From: Pseudolysinimonas sp.
GTDB taxonomy: Bacteria > Actinomycetota > Actinomycetes > Actinomycetales > Microbacteriaceae
Direction: 5' to 3'
Assembly: GCA_035721225.1 (NCBI GenBank)
Contig: DASTNC010000071.1
Coordinates: forward strand, 821-64,820
DNA length: 64,000 nucleotides
The position numbers were made by a program, and so were the translations under genes. Below, one piece after another: positions 1 to 12,698 of this stretch (position 1 is its first letter; each line of letters opens with the position of its first letter). The notes beneath the pieces are model-generated. The model did no database searches and was not told the DNA's origin. It worked only from the letters and a program-made list of their open reading frames with translations.

Positions 1-171
1 GACGGTGATGTAGCCGGTGGAGGCGACGAACTCGGCGAATTGGGCATTGGTGACGGCGTACCGATCCAACTCGAACGGTTCAACCCATTCTTCGTGGATC
101 GGGCCTTCTTCTGGGTAGAAGTCCGACCCCATCCGGAACGCACCACCCGGCAACGCGACCATGTCATCCAT
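1..171 (-). CDS. Formylglycine-generating enzyme (FGE/SUMF1 sulfatase-modifying factor), 5' part; continues beyond the window
   Basis: Manual translation from ATG at 171 gives MDDMVALPGGAFRMGSDFYPEEGPIHEEWVEPFELDRYAVTNAQFAEFVASTGYITV, a typical FGE N-terminus (GG.F.MGS, YPEE.P, VTNAQFA.FV..TGY). Sulfatases lie nearby. Confidence 0.85.
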   Translation of the reverse strand, partial: MDDMVALPGGAFRMGSDFYPEEGPIHEEWVEPFELDRYAVTNAQFAEFVASTGYITV

Positions 172-211
172 CACCACATCATCGCCCTTCCGGCGGGCTG
201 GCTGTGCAGTA

Positions 212-1693
212 TCACGGTCGGGCCCCTTGGCCGGGGTGGGTGTTGTTCTTGCCGACGGAGAGTATCGCGGCAAGGAAGGCGAGGACTGTCAGCAGTGCCA
301 TAGCGGCGTGGAGTCCTGCAGTCGCGCTGTCGACGGAGGTGAGGTGTGGCCCGGCGGTGGTGATGGTGAGGGCGTATGTGGCGCCGGCGACGGCGACGCC
401 GAGTGATGTGCCGATTCCGCGTGTCATGTTCAGCATTCCGCTGACCATGCCGGCTTGGTGGTCGTGGCCTGCGGCGGCGACGGTGGAGTTGTTGGCGGGG
501 GTGAAGAGTCCGAGTCCGAGTCCTGCCAGTGTCAGGGCGATGGCGATGGTGGGGATCGTGGGTGTGCTGATGGTGAGGAGCAGGAAGCCGGCCGCGGTGA
601 GCGCCATGCCTGCGGTGGTGGGCAGTCGGGCACCTTGACGGTCGGTGATGATCCCGGCGAGGGGGGCGGTGGCACCGAGTGCGACGGGGAGGATGGTGAG
701 GAGCAGTCCGGCTTGTGCGGGGGGGAGTCGGTAGGCGGATTCCAGGAACAGGGGGGTGACGAACAGGGCGCCGAAGAGCACCAGGTAGCTCAGCAGTCCG
801 GTGCTGATTCCGAGGCTGAAGCTGCGTTGTGCAAAGAGTTTCAGATCCACCAGGGGCGAGGCGGATCGTCGTTCGTGCACGACGAAAAGACCACCCATCA
901 CCACTGCACCGGTGAGGAGTCCCAGCACGAGGGGGTTGGCGAAGCCAAGCGATGCGGCTTGGGAGAACGCGAACAGCATTGCCGCGACCGCGGGCAGCAG
1001 AAGCAGCACGCCGGCCGTGTCGAATCGCGATCGGGGTGCGCGGGTTCGGGTTCGGGGGAGCAGGAACCAGCCCAGCAACAATCCGATGATCCCGGCGGGC
1101 ACGTTGACGAAGAACACGAGCCGCCAGCCGCCGACTCCGATGAGGAGACCACCGATCGAGGGGCCGATCGCCAAACCGATCGCTTGGGCGGCGCCTTGCA
1201 GGCCGATGGCCCTGCCCAGTTTGTGGGTGGGCATGCTGGTGCGGATCAGGGCGACACTGTTGGCCTGAAGCATCGCCGCCCCGAGTGCTTGCACGACGCG
1301 GGAAGCGATCAACCATCCCATGCTCGGGGCGAGCGCACAGGCAAGGGATGCGGCGGTGAACACCCCGAAGCCGTAGGTATAGAGCAGCTTCCGTCCCACC
1401 ACATCAGACAGGCGACCCACCGCCGCCACACTGCCGACCAGCACGAGCAGGTACGCGAGGGCGACCCACTCGACCGATGCCAACGGTGCCGCGAAGTCGC
1501 GTTGGATGCTGGGCACTGCCAGTGTGACGATGCTCGCGTCAAGCTGTCCCATGAACGCACCGATGCACACGGTGCCCACCACCAGCCATGGGGCGTGGGG
1601 GTGATCGCGGACCCACTGCGGCCTGCGTGGTTCCGTGAAAATCCTGCGCCAACCACGGGGGGTGGGACCATCGTCCGCGGTTAGTTCGTACAC
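212..1693 (-). CDS. MFS transporter, DHA2 (EmrB/QacA-like, 14 TMS)
   Basis: Motif D1 (FMGQLDASIVTLAVPSI), motif A (GRLSDVVGRK), WRLVFFVNVP and many hydrophobic segments. Confidence 0.9.
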   Translation of the reverse strand: MYELTADDGPTPRGWRRIFTEPRRPQWVRDHPHAPWLVVGTVCIGAFMGQLDASIVTLAVPSIQRDFAAPLASVEWVALAYLLVLVGSVAAVGRLSDVVGRKLLYTYGFGVFTAASLACALAPSMGWLIASRVVQALGAAMLQANSVALIRTSMPTHKLGRAIGLQGAAQAIGLAIGPSIGGLLIGVGGWRLVFFVNVPAGIIGLLLGWFLLPRTRTRAPRSRFDTAGVLLLLPAVAAMLFAFSQAASLGFANPLVLGLLTGAVVMGGLFVVHERRSASPLVDLKLFAQRSFSLGISTGLLSYLVLFGALFVTPLFLESAYRLPPAQAGLLLTILPVALGATAPLAGIITDRQGARLPTTAGMALTAAGFLLLTISTPTIPTIAIALTLAGLGLGLFTPANNSTVAAAGHDHQAGMVSGMLNMTRGIGTSLGVAVAGATYALTITTAGPHLTSVDSATAGLHAAMALLTVLAFLAAILSVGKNNTHPGQGARP

Positions 1694-1737
1694 AGAACTA
1701 GTTTATAGCAGAGCTTTATCTCTCTAGTGTTGAGGGC

Positions 1738-2244
1738 ATGGCAGACGAAGACTCCCTGGGCGGGAATCCACGCCACGATGGCGGGTCAGAGGCGTGGCAA
1801 CTCACCGACGTGATCACCCGTCTGCGCCGTGTGCTGCGCTCCAGCATCCGCACGGATTACCCCTGGGAGACACTGCCGATGGCACAGGTGGAGATCCTGC
1901 AACGCCTCTCCGAAGAACCAGGCCTGCGCGTCAGCGAGCTGGCGCAACGCCACCGGCTCGCCACGAACACCGTCAGCACCCTCATCCAACAGATGGTGGT
2001 CGCCGGACTGGTCACCCGAGATCCGGACGAGGAAGACCGCCGCGCGGTCGTCCTCCACCTGACCGAACTCGGCCACACCAACCTTGCCGGATGGCGCCAC
2101 GCCAACCAACAACGCCTGACAACCGCACTGGAACGACTCACCCGTATCGAGCGTCAATCGATCAGCACGGCTCTCCCCGCCCTCGCCGAACTCGCCAGCC
2201 ACCTCGAACACGAGGAACGCCAGTCACACACCAATGGGTCGTGA
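1738..2244 (+). CDS. MarR family transcriptional regulator
   Basis: wHTH (LRVSELAQRHRLATNTVSTLIQQMVVAGLVTR) and DEEDRR wing motif; divergent from the MFS gene. Confidence 0.9.
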   Translation: MADEDSLGGNPRHDGGSEAWQLTDVITRLRRVLRSSIRTDYPWETLPMAQVEILQRLSEEPGLRVSELAQRHRLATNTVSTLIQQMVVAGLVTRDPDEEDRRAVVLHLTELGHTNLAGWRHANQQRLTTALERLTRIERQSISTALPALAELASHLEHEERQSHTNGS

Positions 2245-2272
2245 GTCGGCGTGAGCGTTCCGGTGCCCAATC

Positions 2273-3511
2273 TCAACCCCGCGGCGGGATGAATCCCCCA
2301 ACCTCTCCGAGGGGATCATCAAAAATGGGCCGAAGCGCCAGTCTCGCCGCGCCGACCACCGAGGCATTGTCACCGTGCCTTGTCGTGACGAATACCTCAG
2401 GTGCGCGTGGCGCATATGTCGACATTGTCCGGAGAAAAGTCTCGAGATAGAGCTCACCGAGTTGAAGCGGGTAACCTCCGATTGTCAGCTTGTTTGGCCC
2501 ACACAGGTTGAGCACCGCGGCCGCGGCTCGCCCCAGCCAGTCGGCGACAGACACAATCGCATTCGTCGCGACCGAGTCACCGTCGTGATGACGCTCAAGG
2601 AGCGCGGCGCAGTAGGCATTCATGGCGCCAGCGTCGCGCGACAGGGGAATGTTGCAGGCCGCTGATGCTCGGACGAGAGCAGGAAAGCCCGCAACGCTGT
2701 CGAGGCAGCCGGTTGCCCCGCACGCGCAGAGAGGGCCGTCCACGGCCAGGGGCAGATGGGCAATTCGCCCGAGTTCTGCGTGCCGTGCGCTATTCAGTAA
2801 CGGTCCATATGCCTCGCCCGCCAGGCCGATGCCGGCACCGATCCCGATCTGAATATGGGCTAGCCGCACCCCGGACGCCTGCGGAAACTCCGTCACGTTC
2901 GCCAAAGCCGCACATTGGGCGACGTCCTCGACCACGATCGGTGGCCACCCGAGTCCCAGCTCGCGTTGCAGCATGCCTGTGAGGGCGATGTCTTCCCAAT
3001 CCAAGTAGAGAGAGTTCAACGTCTTCTCTTTTTCTGAGCCGTAGCTCGCGGGCGCCGACAACCCAATGCCGATGACCGGGAGTCCAACGTGGCGAGAGAC
3101 CCTGTTGATGACCTCCGCCAAACGAGCGACGACCTTCAGGCCAGGCATCGGGCGGAGCTGAGGAAGTTGCTCACGGTAGAGGGTCGCCCCGCTGAAATCC
3201 ACAGACTCGACAACGATCCTGTCCACACGGAAGTCGATCGCGATCACCGACCGCCGACTTGCTTTGATCGCAAGCAAGACACGCGGCCGCCCCGGTGCGG
3301 ATGCCGATTGCGTGGTCTCGTCGAGGTAGTCGAACTCCAGTAAGTCATTCACGATCCGGGTCATTGCAGCGCCGGAAAGTCCAAGCCTCTCGGCCAACTC
3401 TGAGCGCGAGATCGCGCCCACGTCGCGCACTGTTCTCAAGACGAGCGAGAGGTTGTGTCGACGCATGGTCGGTTGCGAGACCGCCCTCGACATCGGCGTT
3501 GCTTCGTTCAC
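2273..3511 (-). CDS. ROK family transcriptional regulator
   Basis: N-terminal HTH (ISRSELAERLGLS), GRP linker, Zn motif CACGATGCL. Confidence 0.88.
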   Translation of the reverse strand: MNEATPMSRAVSQPTMRRHNLSLVLRTVRDVGAISRSELAERLGLSGAAMTRIVNDLLEFDYLDETTQSASAPGRPRVLLAIKASRRSVIAIDFRVDRIVVESVDFSGATLYREQLPQLRPMPGLKVVARLAEVINRVSRHVGLPVIGIGLSAPASYGSEKEKTLNSLYLDWEDIALTGMLQRELGLGWPPIVVEDVAQCAALANVTEFPQASGVRLAHIQIGIGAGIGLAGEAYGPLLNSARHAELGRIAHLPLAVDGPLCACGATGCLDSVAGFPALVRASAACNIPLSRDAGAMNAYCAALLERHHDGDSVATNAIVSVADWLGRAAAAVLNLCGPNKLTIGGYPLQLGELYLETFLRTMSTYAPRAPEVFVTTRHGDNASVVGAARLALRPIFDDPLGEVGGFIPPRG

Positions 3512-3648
3512 GGGAACCTCGCGCTTCTATTTCCGCCGCACTCTTGACTTCCTGCAGGGCGTGAATCCATTATTTACAAATCTGAAGTAATTGTGCTGAA
3601 ACAGGAAATGAATCTCATGCAGAGATGTGTCATGGCGGGAGCTATCAA

Positions 3649-5046
3649 GTGACTGATCACCCTAACGTGGTCCTCATCCTCATCGATGACCTCGGCTGGC
3701 GTGACCTCTCGTGCTACGGCTCTTCCTTCTACGAGACCCCGCGCATCGATGAACTCGCCGCCAACGGGCTGCTCTACCGGAACGCATATGCGGCAGCACC
3801 CGTGTGCTCTCCCACTCGGGCCAGCATCATGAGCGGCAAGTATCCGGCTCGTGTCGGTGTCACCCAGTGGATTGGTGGTCACGGAGTCGGGATTCTGGGC
3901 GATGTGCCGTACTTTCGCGAACTGCCGGAGAACGAATATTCGCTCGCCCGGGCGTTCAGCGCGAACGGCTATGCCACGTGGCACGTCGGGAAATGGCACC
4001 TCGGACCCGAACGCTGTTGGCCCGACAGGCATGGATTCGACGTCAACATCGGTGGTTGTGAGATGGGCAGCCCCAAGTCGTACTTTAGTCCATACAACAT
4101 CCCAACGCTTCCCGACGGACCCGACGGCGAATACCTCACCGACCGTTTGACTGACGAGGCGATCACATTGGTGCGATCGTCAACCGAGACCCCGTTCTTC
4201 CTCAACCTCTGGCATTACGCGGTGCACACACCGATCCAAGGGCCGTCTGACCTCGTTGGGAAGTACCGAGAGAAAGCCTCGCGGCTGGGCTTAGACACCG
4301 ACGCCATCGAAACCGGCGAAGAAATGCCGACGTGGCATCGTGCCGGTCACCACGTCGAGAGACGGACCATCCAGTCGAACCCGGCGTATGCCGCGATGAT
4401 TGAGAACCTGGACACGAATGTCGGGCGGCTTGTCGACGCGCTGGCTGAAACGGGCAAACTCGAGAACACGATCATCGTCTTCACGTCCGACAATGGCGGC
4501 CTCTCGACGGCAGAAGGATCACCGACCTGCAACGCCCCTTTGGCCGAAGGCAAAGGGTGGATGCAGGACGGCGGAGTCCGGGTCCCGTTGATCGTGACGT
4601 GGAATGGGCGGGTCCCCGCAGGCAGCGCCACCGACAGCATGATGACGAGTCCGGATCTCTATCCGACGTTGCTTGCAGCGGCTGGCTTGGAAGGGATTCC
4701 CAAGCAACACGTTGATGGAGTGAACGTGTTGTCAGAGTGGGTCGGTGATGGCCAAGATCGAGGTCCGATCTTTTGGCATTATCCGCACTACTCCAACCAG
4801 GGTGGACGGCCCGGCGCCGCGGTGAGAGAGGGAAACTTCAAACTCGTCCGGTACTTCGAGGACGGCCGTGAGGAGCTCTACGACCTCGACCGCGATACGG
4901 GGGAGACGACGAACCTGGCCCATGAGCTGTCAGACGTTCGGTTTCGCCTCAGTGCGATCCTTTCCGACTGGATGCGCGACGTGCGCGCGGCGATCCCGAC
5001 CGCCAATCCGTGGTCAAGACCTCACGACGCTGACCGGGGGGCTTGA
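3649..5046 (+). CDS. Cys-type (S1) sulfatase
   Basis: PNVVLILIDDLG, CSPTRASIMSGKYP signature, GKWHLG, FTSDNGG; GTG start after GGGAG. Confidence 0.93.
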   Translation: MTDHPNVVLILIDDLGWRDLSCYGSSFYETPRIDELAANGLLYRNAYAAAPVCSPTRASIMSGKYPARVGVTQWIGGHGVGILGDVPYFRELPENEYSLARAFSANGYATWHVGKWHLGPERCWPDRHGFDVNIGGCEMGSPKSYFSPYNIPTLPDGPDGEYLTDRLTDEAITLVRSSTETPFFLNLWHYAVHTPIQGPSDLVGKYREKASRLGLDTDAIETGEEMPTWHRAGHHVERRTIQSNPAYAAMIENLDTNVGRLVDALAETGKLENTIIVFTSDNGGLSTAEGSPTCNAPLAEGKGWMQDGGVRVPLIVTWNGRVPAGSATDSMMTSPDLYPTLLAAAGLEGIPKQHVDGVNVLSEWVGDGQDRGPIFWHYPHYSNQGGRPGAAVREGNFKLVRYFEDGREELYDLDRDTGETTNLAHELSDVRFRLSAILSDWMRDVRAAIPTANPWSRPHDADRGA

Positions 5047-5050
5047 GGCG

Positions 5051-8508
<3,458 letters not shown>

Positions 8509-8518
8509 AAGGTTCGTT

Positions 8519-9520
8519 GTGCTGCAGATCTCTCTCGACGACACCCGAGTGCGGGTGAGTGGGCTCGCTCGTTTGGAGCGGGACGGCGATGGATGGTGGA
8601 CCCCTTGGCGATTGCCGGAGGAGGTCCTCGACTACGTCGGCAACAACGAGTTCGCTCGGGCCCCGCGCAGTCCCACGGGTGCGCGGATTGCGCTTCGGAC
8701 CGATGCATCCGTGATGACGTTCAGCATCGATTGCGAGGTTGGTGACGCGTGCCCGCTTGACCTGATGGTCGACGATCAGCTTGTCGAGAGATGCCCGATC
8801 GCTCAATGCCGGGCAACGTTCACGTGGTCCCTGCCGTTCGGCGAGCACGTCGTCGAACTGTGGCTGCCACAATTCGGCGCGATGCGGCTGGGTCAGATAA
8901 CCCTGAGCGACGCCGCCACTCTCAGCCTTCCTCCTGCCGCGACGGCGCAATGGATCGCCCACGGCAGCTCGATCACCCAGTGCAGCGAAGCATCCGGACC
9001 TTCAGAGGCGTGGCCGACGCTGGTTTCTCGTGCCCACGACTGGGAGCTGACGAATCTTGGGTTCGGCGCGCAGTGCCATCTCGACCAAACGGTGGCGCGG
9101 TACATTCGCGACCACCCGCCAGTCGACCTCATCTTCGTCTGCGCCGGCATCAACATCTACGGGCAAGCGAGTCTGACTGCCCGCAGCCTGCCGTCCGCAT
9201 TGTCCGGGTTCATCCACACCGTCCGCGACGGGCACCCCACGACCCCGATCGTCCTGATGAGCCCGATCCTCGCACCAGAGCGCGAGGACACGCCCAATGC
9301 GGTAGGACTCACCTTGCGCGACGTGCGCGACATCGTGAGTGATATGGGAGAGACTCTCGTCCGCCACAACGACGAGAACCTCACCATCATTGATGGCCTC
9401 ACGGTCTTCGGAGCTGAGGACGCACACCTCCTCGGCGATGGACTGCACCCCACGACGCGCGGCTACCGGCTCATGGCTGAACGTCTCGGACCCAAGCTTG
9501 CACTCGCCATCGAGATGTAG
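8519..9520 (+). CDS. SGNH/GDSL esterase
   Basis: HGSSITQ block I, NLGFG block II, GIN block III, DGLHP block V. Confidence 0.85.
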   Translation: MLQISLDDTRVRVSGLARLERDGDGWWTPWRLPEEVLDYVGNNEFARAPRSPTGARIALRTDASVMTFSIDCEVGDACPLDLMVDDQLVERCPIAQCRATFTWSLPFGEHVVELWLPQFGAMRLGQITLSDAATLSLPPAATAQWIAHGSSITQCSEASGPSEAWPTLVSRAHDWELTNLGFGAQCHLDQTVARYIRDHPPVDLIFVCAGINIYGQASLTARSLPSALSGFIHTVRDGHPTTPIVLMSPILAPEREDTPNAVGLTLRDVRDIVSDMGETLVRHNDENLTIIDGLTVFGAEDAHLLGDGLHPTTRGYRLMAERLGPKLALAIEM

Positions 9521-9671
9521 CTGGCACCCAGTTTTCGTGGATTTTGTCGCGGGAGTCTGACCACCTGATACCCACGGGATCAAGGAGCGGTGCTCTGGCG
9601 CACTGAGCTGAAATCGCGGCTAAGCCCGAACTGCGGCTGCCCGAGCAGGGACGTGACCGGCGGTTCCGGGC

Positions 9672-11243
9672 TCACACGTCTTTCGCTGCTTCGTGAGTGA
9701 CAGCATGCGATTCGCGTCGATATGTCGCTTCATCCAAGCCGCTCAGAGTGGGGTCGTAGATGATCTCGCCGACGTCGTACATCGAGGTCATCCAGTGATA
9801 GAAGTTATCACCGCGGTCGCGCAACACCTGATAAAGACGGTGCATCATGCTGGTACGTACGCCGAGCAGTTCGGGGTGAGCGTATTGATTGACCAGCTCG
9901 TCTGGATCGCATTCAAGGTCATACAGCTCGTTGACCGAGTCCGGGTTGACGACGAGCTTGTATCGGTCGTTGCGGAGCATTCGCTGCGGATACGGGAAGT
10001 GATGTCCGTGGAACTCGCAAACAATATCGTCTTGCCAGTCGACCGGATCATCCGAAGTCAGCGGCAGCAGGCTGCGTGAATCGATGGCGAGCTCAGGGTC
10101 GATTCCGGCGAGGTCCAGGATCGTCGCTGTGCAATCAAGCAAACTGACGAACTCGTTGCGGACGATTCCCGGCTGCTGCCCGGGAATCCGGAGGATGCCC
10201 GGCGTGCGGTAGATGTCCTCATACATCGCCGGCCCCTTGTCGTGCAGGCGGTGTGATCCGGTGAACTCCCCGTGATCACAGGTGAAGAACACCGCGGTCG
10301 AGTCTGTCAGGCCGAGCCTTTCCATCGCCTCCATGACTCTGCCGATCTCGCGGTCGATCATCGCCACGTAGCCCCAGTAGACGGCAATCAGCTTGCGGCT
10401 GACCTCGATGGGCAAAGTGTCGAAGGTCCAGTGCGCGCTGTAGTTGGACTGCACCGGAGGCTTGCCGGCGAAGGTCTCGGCGATGGATCGGGGGAGTTCG
10501 ACGAGATCGGGGTCGATCAGGTCGAAATACTCGTCCGGGACAACGTACGGCAGATGCGGGCCAAAGAAGCTCAGCTCGAGGAAGAAGGGAGTGCCGTCTG
10601 AATGGCGGTCCGTCGCGTATGTCTCCAGGAGCTGAATAGCGCGCGTGGCCAGAAAGTGCTCGAACGTTGCCTCAACGGGTTGCTTCAGCCGGGCGGCGAG
10701 AAGGTTTCCCGGGCCGCCGTTGGGCAGCACACCACGGATCTGATCATGGATCTCGTACGGCGGAAGTTTGTTGTCGGACAGATACTGCAGATATTCCTGA
10801 TGATCGACCGGGTTGTGCCAACCCGGGAAGTCTGGTCCGTCGAAGCCGAAGTCTGCTGCTCGCCGGTGATAGCCGATGTGCCATTTGCCGATCAGGCCAG
10901 TGTTGTAACCGTTCTCCCGCAGCGCTTCACTGAAGACGAACTGGCCTTCTGGGAGATCCTCGATGTATCCGACGTTGCGCTCGTGGTTAGCGAGCAGCTT
11001 GTGGCGAAACGGCGCCTGTCCGGTCAGCAGGCTCGCGCGTGCGGGGGTGCAAATGGCTGTGGGTGTGTACCAGCGGTCGAAACGGGTACCGGTTCGCGCC
11101 AACTCGTCGAGCACGGGGGTGTTCGCAGATGTATTGCCATACACGCCGAGGGTGTCGACACGGTGCTGGTCGGTCATCAGGAACAAGATGTTGGTGCGGC
11201 TGCCGCTCTGTTGCGGGGCAGTGGCCTGGCGTGCGGTGGTCAT
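9672..11243 (-). CDS. Cys-type (S1) sulfatase
   Basis: NILFLMTDQHR, CTPARASLLTG, GKWHIG, GPHLPY, TCDHGE, ELYDL..DP.E. Confidence 0.93.
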   Translation of the reverse strand: MTTARQATAPQQSGSRTNILFLMTDQHRVDTLGVYGNTSANTPVLDELARTGTRFDRWYTPTAICTPARASLLTGQAPFRHKLLANHERNVGYIEDLPEGQFVFSEALRENGYNTGLIGKWHIGYHRRAADFGFDGPDFPGWHNPVDHQEYLQYLSDNKLPPYEIHDQIRGVLPNGGPGNLLAARLKQPVEATFEHFLATRAIQLLETYATDRHSDGTPFFLELSFFGPHLPYVVPDEYFDLIDPDLVELPRSIAETFAGKPPVQSNYSAHWTFDTLPIEVSRKLIAVYWGYVAMIDREIGRVMEAMERLGLTDSTAVFFTCDHGEFTGSHRLHDKGPAMYEDIYRTPGILRIPGQQPGIVRNEFVSLLDCTATILDLAGIDPELAIDSRSLLPLTSDDPVDWQDDIVCEFHGHHFPYPQRMLRNDRYKLVVNPDSVNELYDLECDPDELVNQYAHPELLGVRTSMMHRLYQVLRDRGDNFYHWMTSMYDVGEIIYDPTLSGLDEATYRRESHAVTHEAAKDV

Positions 11244-11275
11244 AGTGATTCCTGCTCTGAGTCGATCGGAAAAGG

Positions 11276-12457
11276 TTAGGCGTCTCGCTTGACGAGCGGA
11301 ACGGTCCCCTCGAGCGCGGCGTGTGCAGCCGCAGCCGCGCCGATGGCGCCGAGAAGGTGGTCGGTTGCCGCGGCTTCAACGACGAGGTCGAGCGTTGCCC
11401 AGCTCGGAGCAGTGGCGCGGGCGATCGTCTCGACCTGCTCGATGAAGCCGGGGAGTGACGCGACGCTGCCGCCGATGACCAGCACACTGGGGTTGACAAC
11501 GGCGAGGACTCCGGCGACGACGCCGGCCGTCGCTCTGGCTGCGGCATTGATTGCGGCGGCGGCCGCAGGATCGCGTGTAGACCGCTCCCGGAGATCGTCG
11601 AGGTCGGTGGCACCTGCGGCGCGAATAACGGCAGGCAGCGCAGCGACGAGCTCCAGGCATCCTCGTCCGCCGCAGAAGCAGGGCTCCCCGTTGAGGTCGA
11701 CCGAGACGTGACCCATCTCGCCTGCGGCGTCCCAGGCGCCAGCTCGCAACTCGCCGCCGGTGACGATTCCGCCGCCGATGCCCTCGTCTACACGGAGGTA
11801 GACCAGGTCATCTGCGGCGAGGCCGGCGTCGCGCCGACGGTCCGCCTCGGCGAGGGCGGTGTAGCGGGTGTTGTTGCCGACGGAGACTGGAGCGACGAAC
11901 TGGCGGCTGACCACCTCCGCGACGAGGGCTCTCTCGCGCGAAAGTCGCGCGAGCGACACGTCGGTTGCCGTCTGGCCTTCTGGACGGCGATACCGCGGGC
12001 CGGGCGTGCCGACGGCGATACCGCGGAGCTTTCCGAGTTCGACGCGCGCTTGTCTGGTCTGGTTGATGACGAAGGCGAGTGCTTCGCTAGCGTGGTCAAC
12101 CAACGACGAGACCGAGTTGGTTTCGAGGGACGCCGACAGCACGACACGCCCAGAGATGTCCGTGATGGCGAACGCGACGTGACGTCGGCCGAGCTCGATT
12201 CCGAGGGTGTCGGCGCGACGTGAACTGAGCCGCACGAGATGGGACGGTCGGCCTCGACCGGTGTAGTCACCGTCCTTAACTTGCTCAATTGCACCGTCGC
12301 GCAACAGCATCGTGACGGTCCGCGACACGGTCGGGCGAGATAGTCCTGCATCCGCCATGATCTCGGCGCGCGTACTGGGCCCATGAGCGAGTAACGCCTG
12401 CATGATCGCGCTCACCGTGGCGTCCGTCACCTCGCCGGCTTCTCTATCCCGCGCCAT
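11276..12457 (-). CDS. ROK family transcriptional regulator (start uncertain, 12457 or 12505)
   Basis: HTH (TRAEIMADAGLSRPTVS), GIGGGIV, AGEMGH, CFCGGRGCLE. Confidence 0.9.
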   Translation of the reverse strand: MARDREAGEVTDATVSAIMQALLAHGPSTRAEIMADAGLSRPTVSRTVTMLLRDGAIEQVKDGDYTGRGRPSHLVRLSSRRADTLGIELGRRHVAFAITDISGRVVLSASLETNSVSSLVDHASEALAFVINQTRQARVELGKLRGIAVGTPGPRYRRPEGQTATDVSLARLSRERALVAEVVSRQFVAPVSVGNNTRYTALAEADRRRDAGLAADDLVYLRVDEGIGGGIVTGGELRAGAWDAAGEMGHVSVDLNGEPCFCGGRGCLELVAALPAVIRAAGATDLDDLRERSTRDPAAAAAINAAARATAGVVAGVLAVVNPSVLVIGGSVASLPGFIEQVETIARATAPSWATLDLVVEAAATDHLLGAIGAAAAAHAALEGTVPLVKRDA

Positions 12458-12698
12458 TTTTGCACCTCGTCCGCGTCGCCGTCTGGCGATCGGCGCCATC
12501 TCCACTCCGGAGAGTAACTAGCGTAGCCAATTTGCGTCAATACATATCGCATAAGTCGTGAAATGGGCGATTCTTGCATTGCCCAATGGACAATCGAGCA
12601 TGAATTGGTTTAGTAACGATGCTTGACATAACACCTCAGATCGTCAATGCTGGCTCTCGTTAACTTGCACAGCAGGTCGGTCACGAGGAGGTGATGAG

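Noticed and set aside
212-1693. Antibiotic-resistance determinant
   Set aside because: Generic DHA2 MFS; the substrate cannot be inferred from sequence
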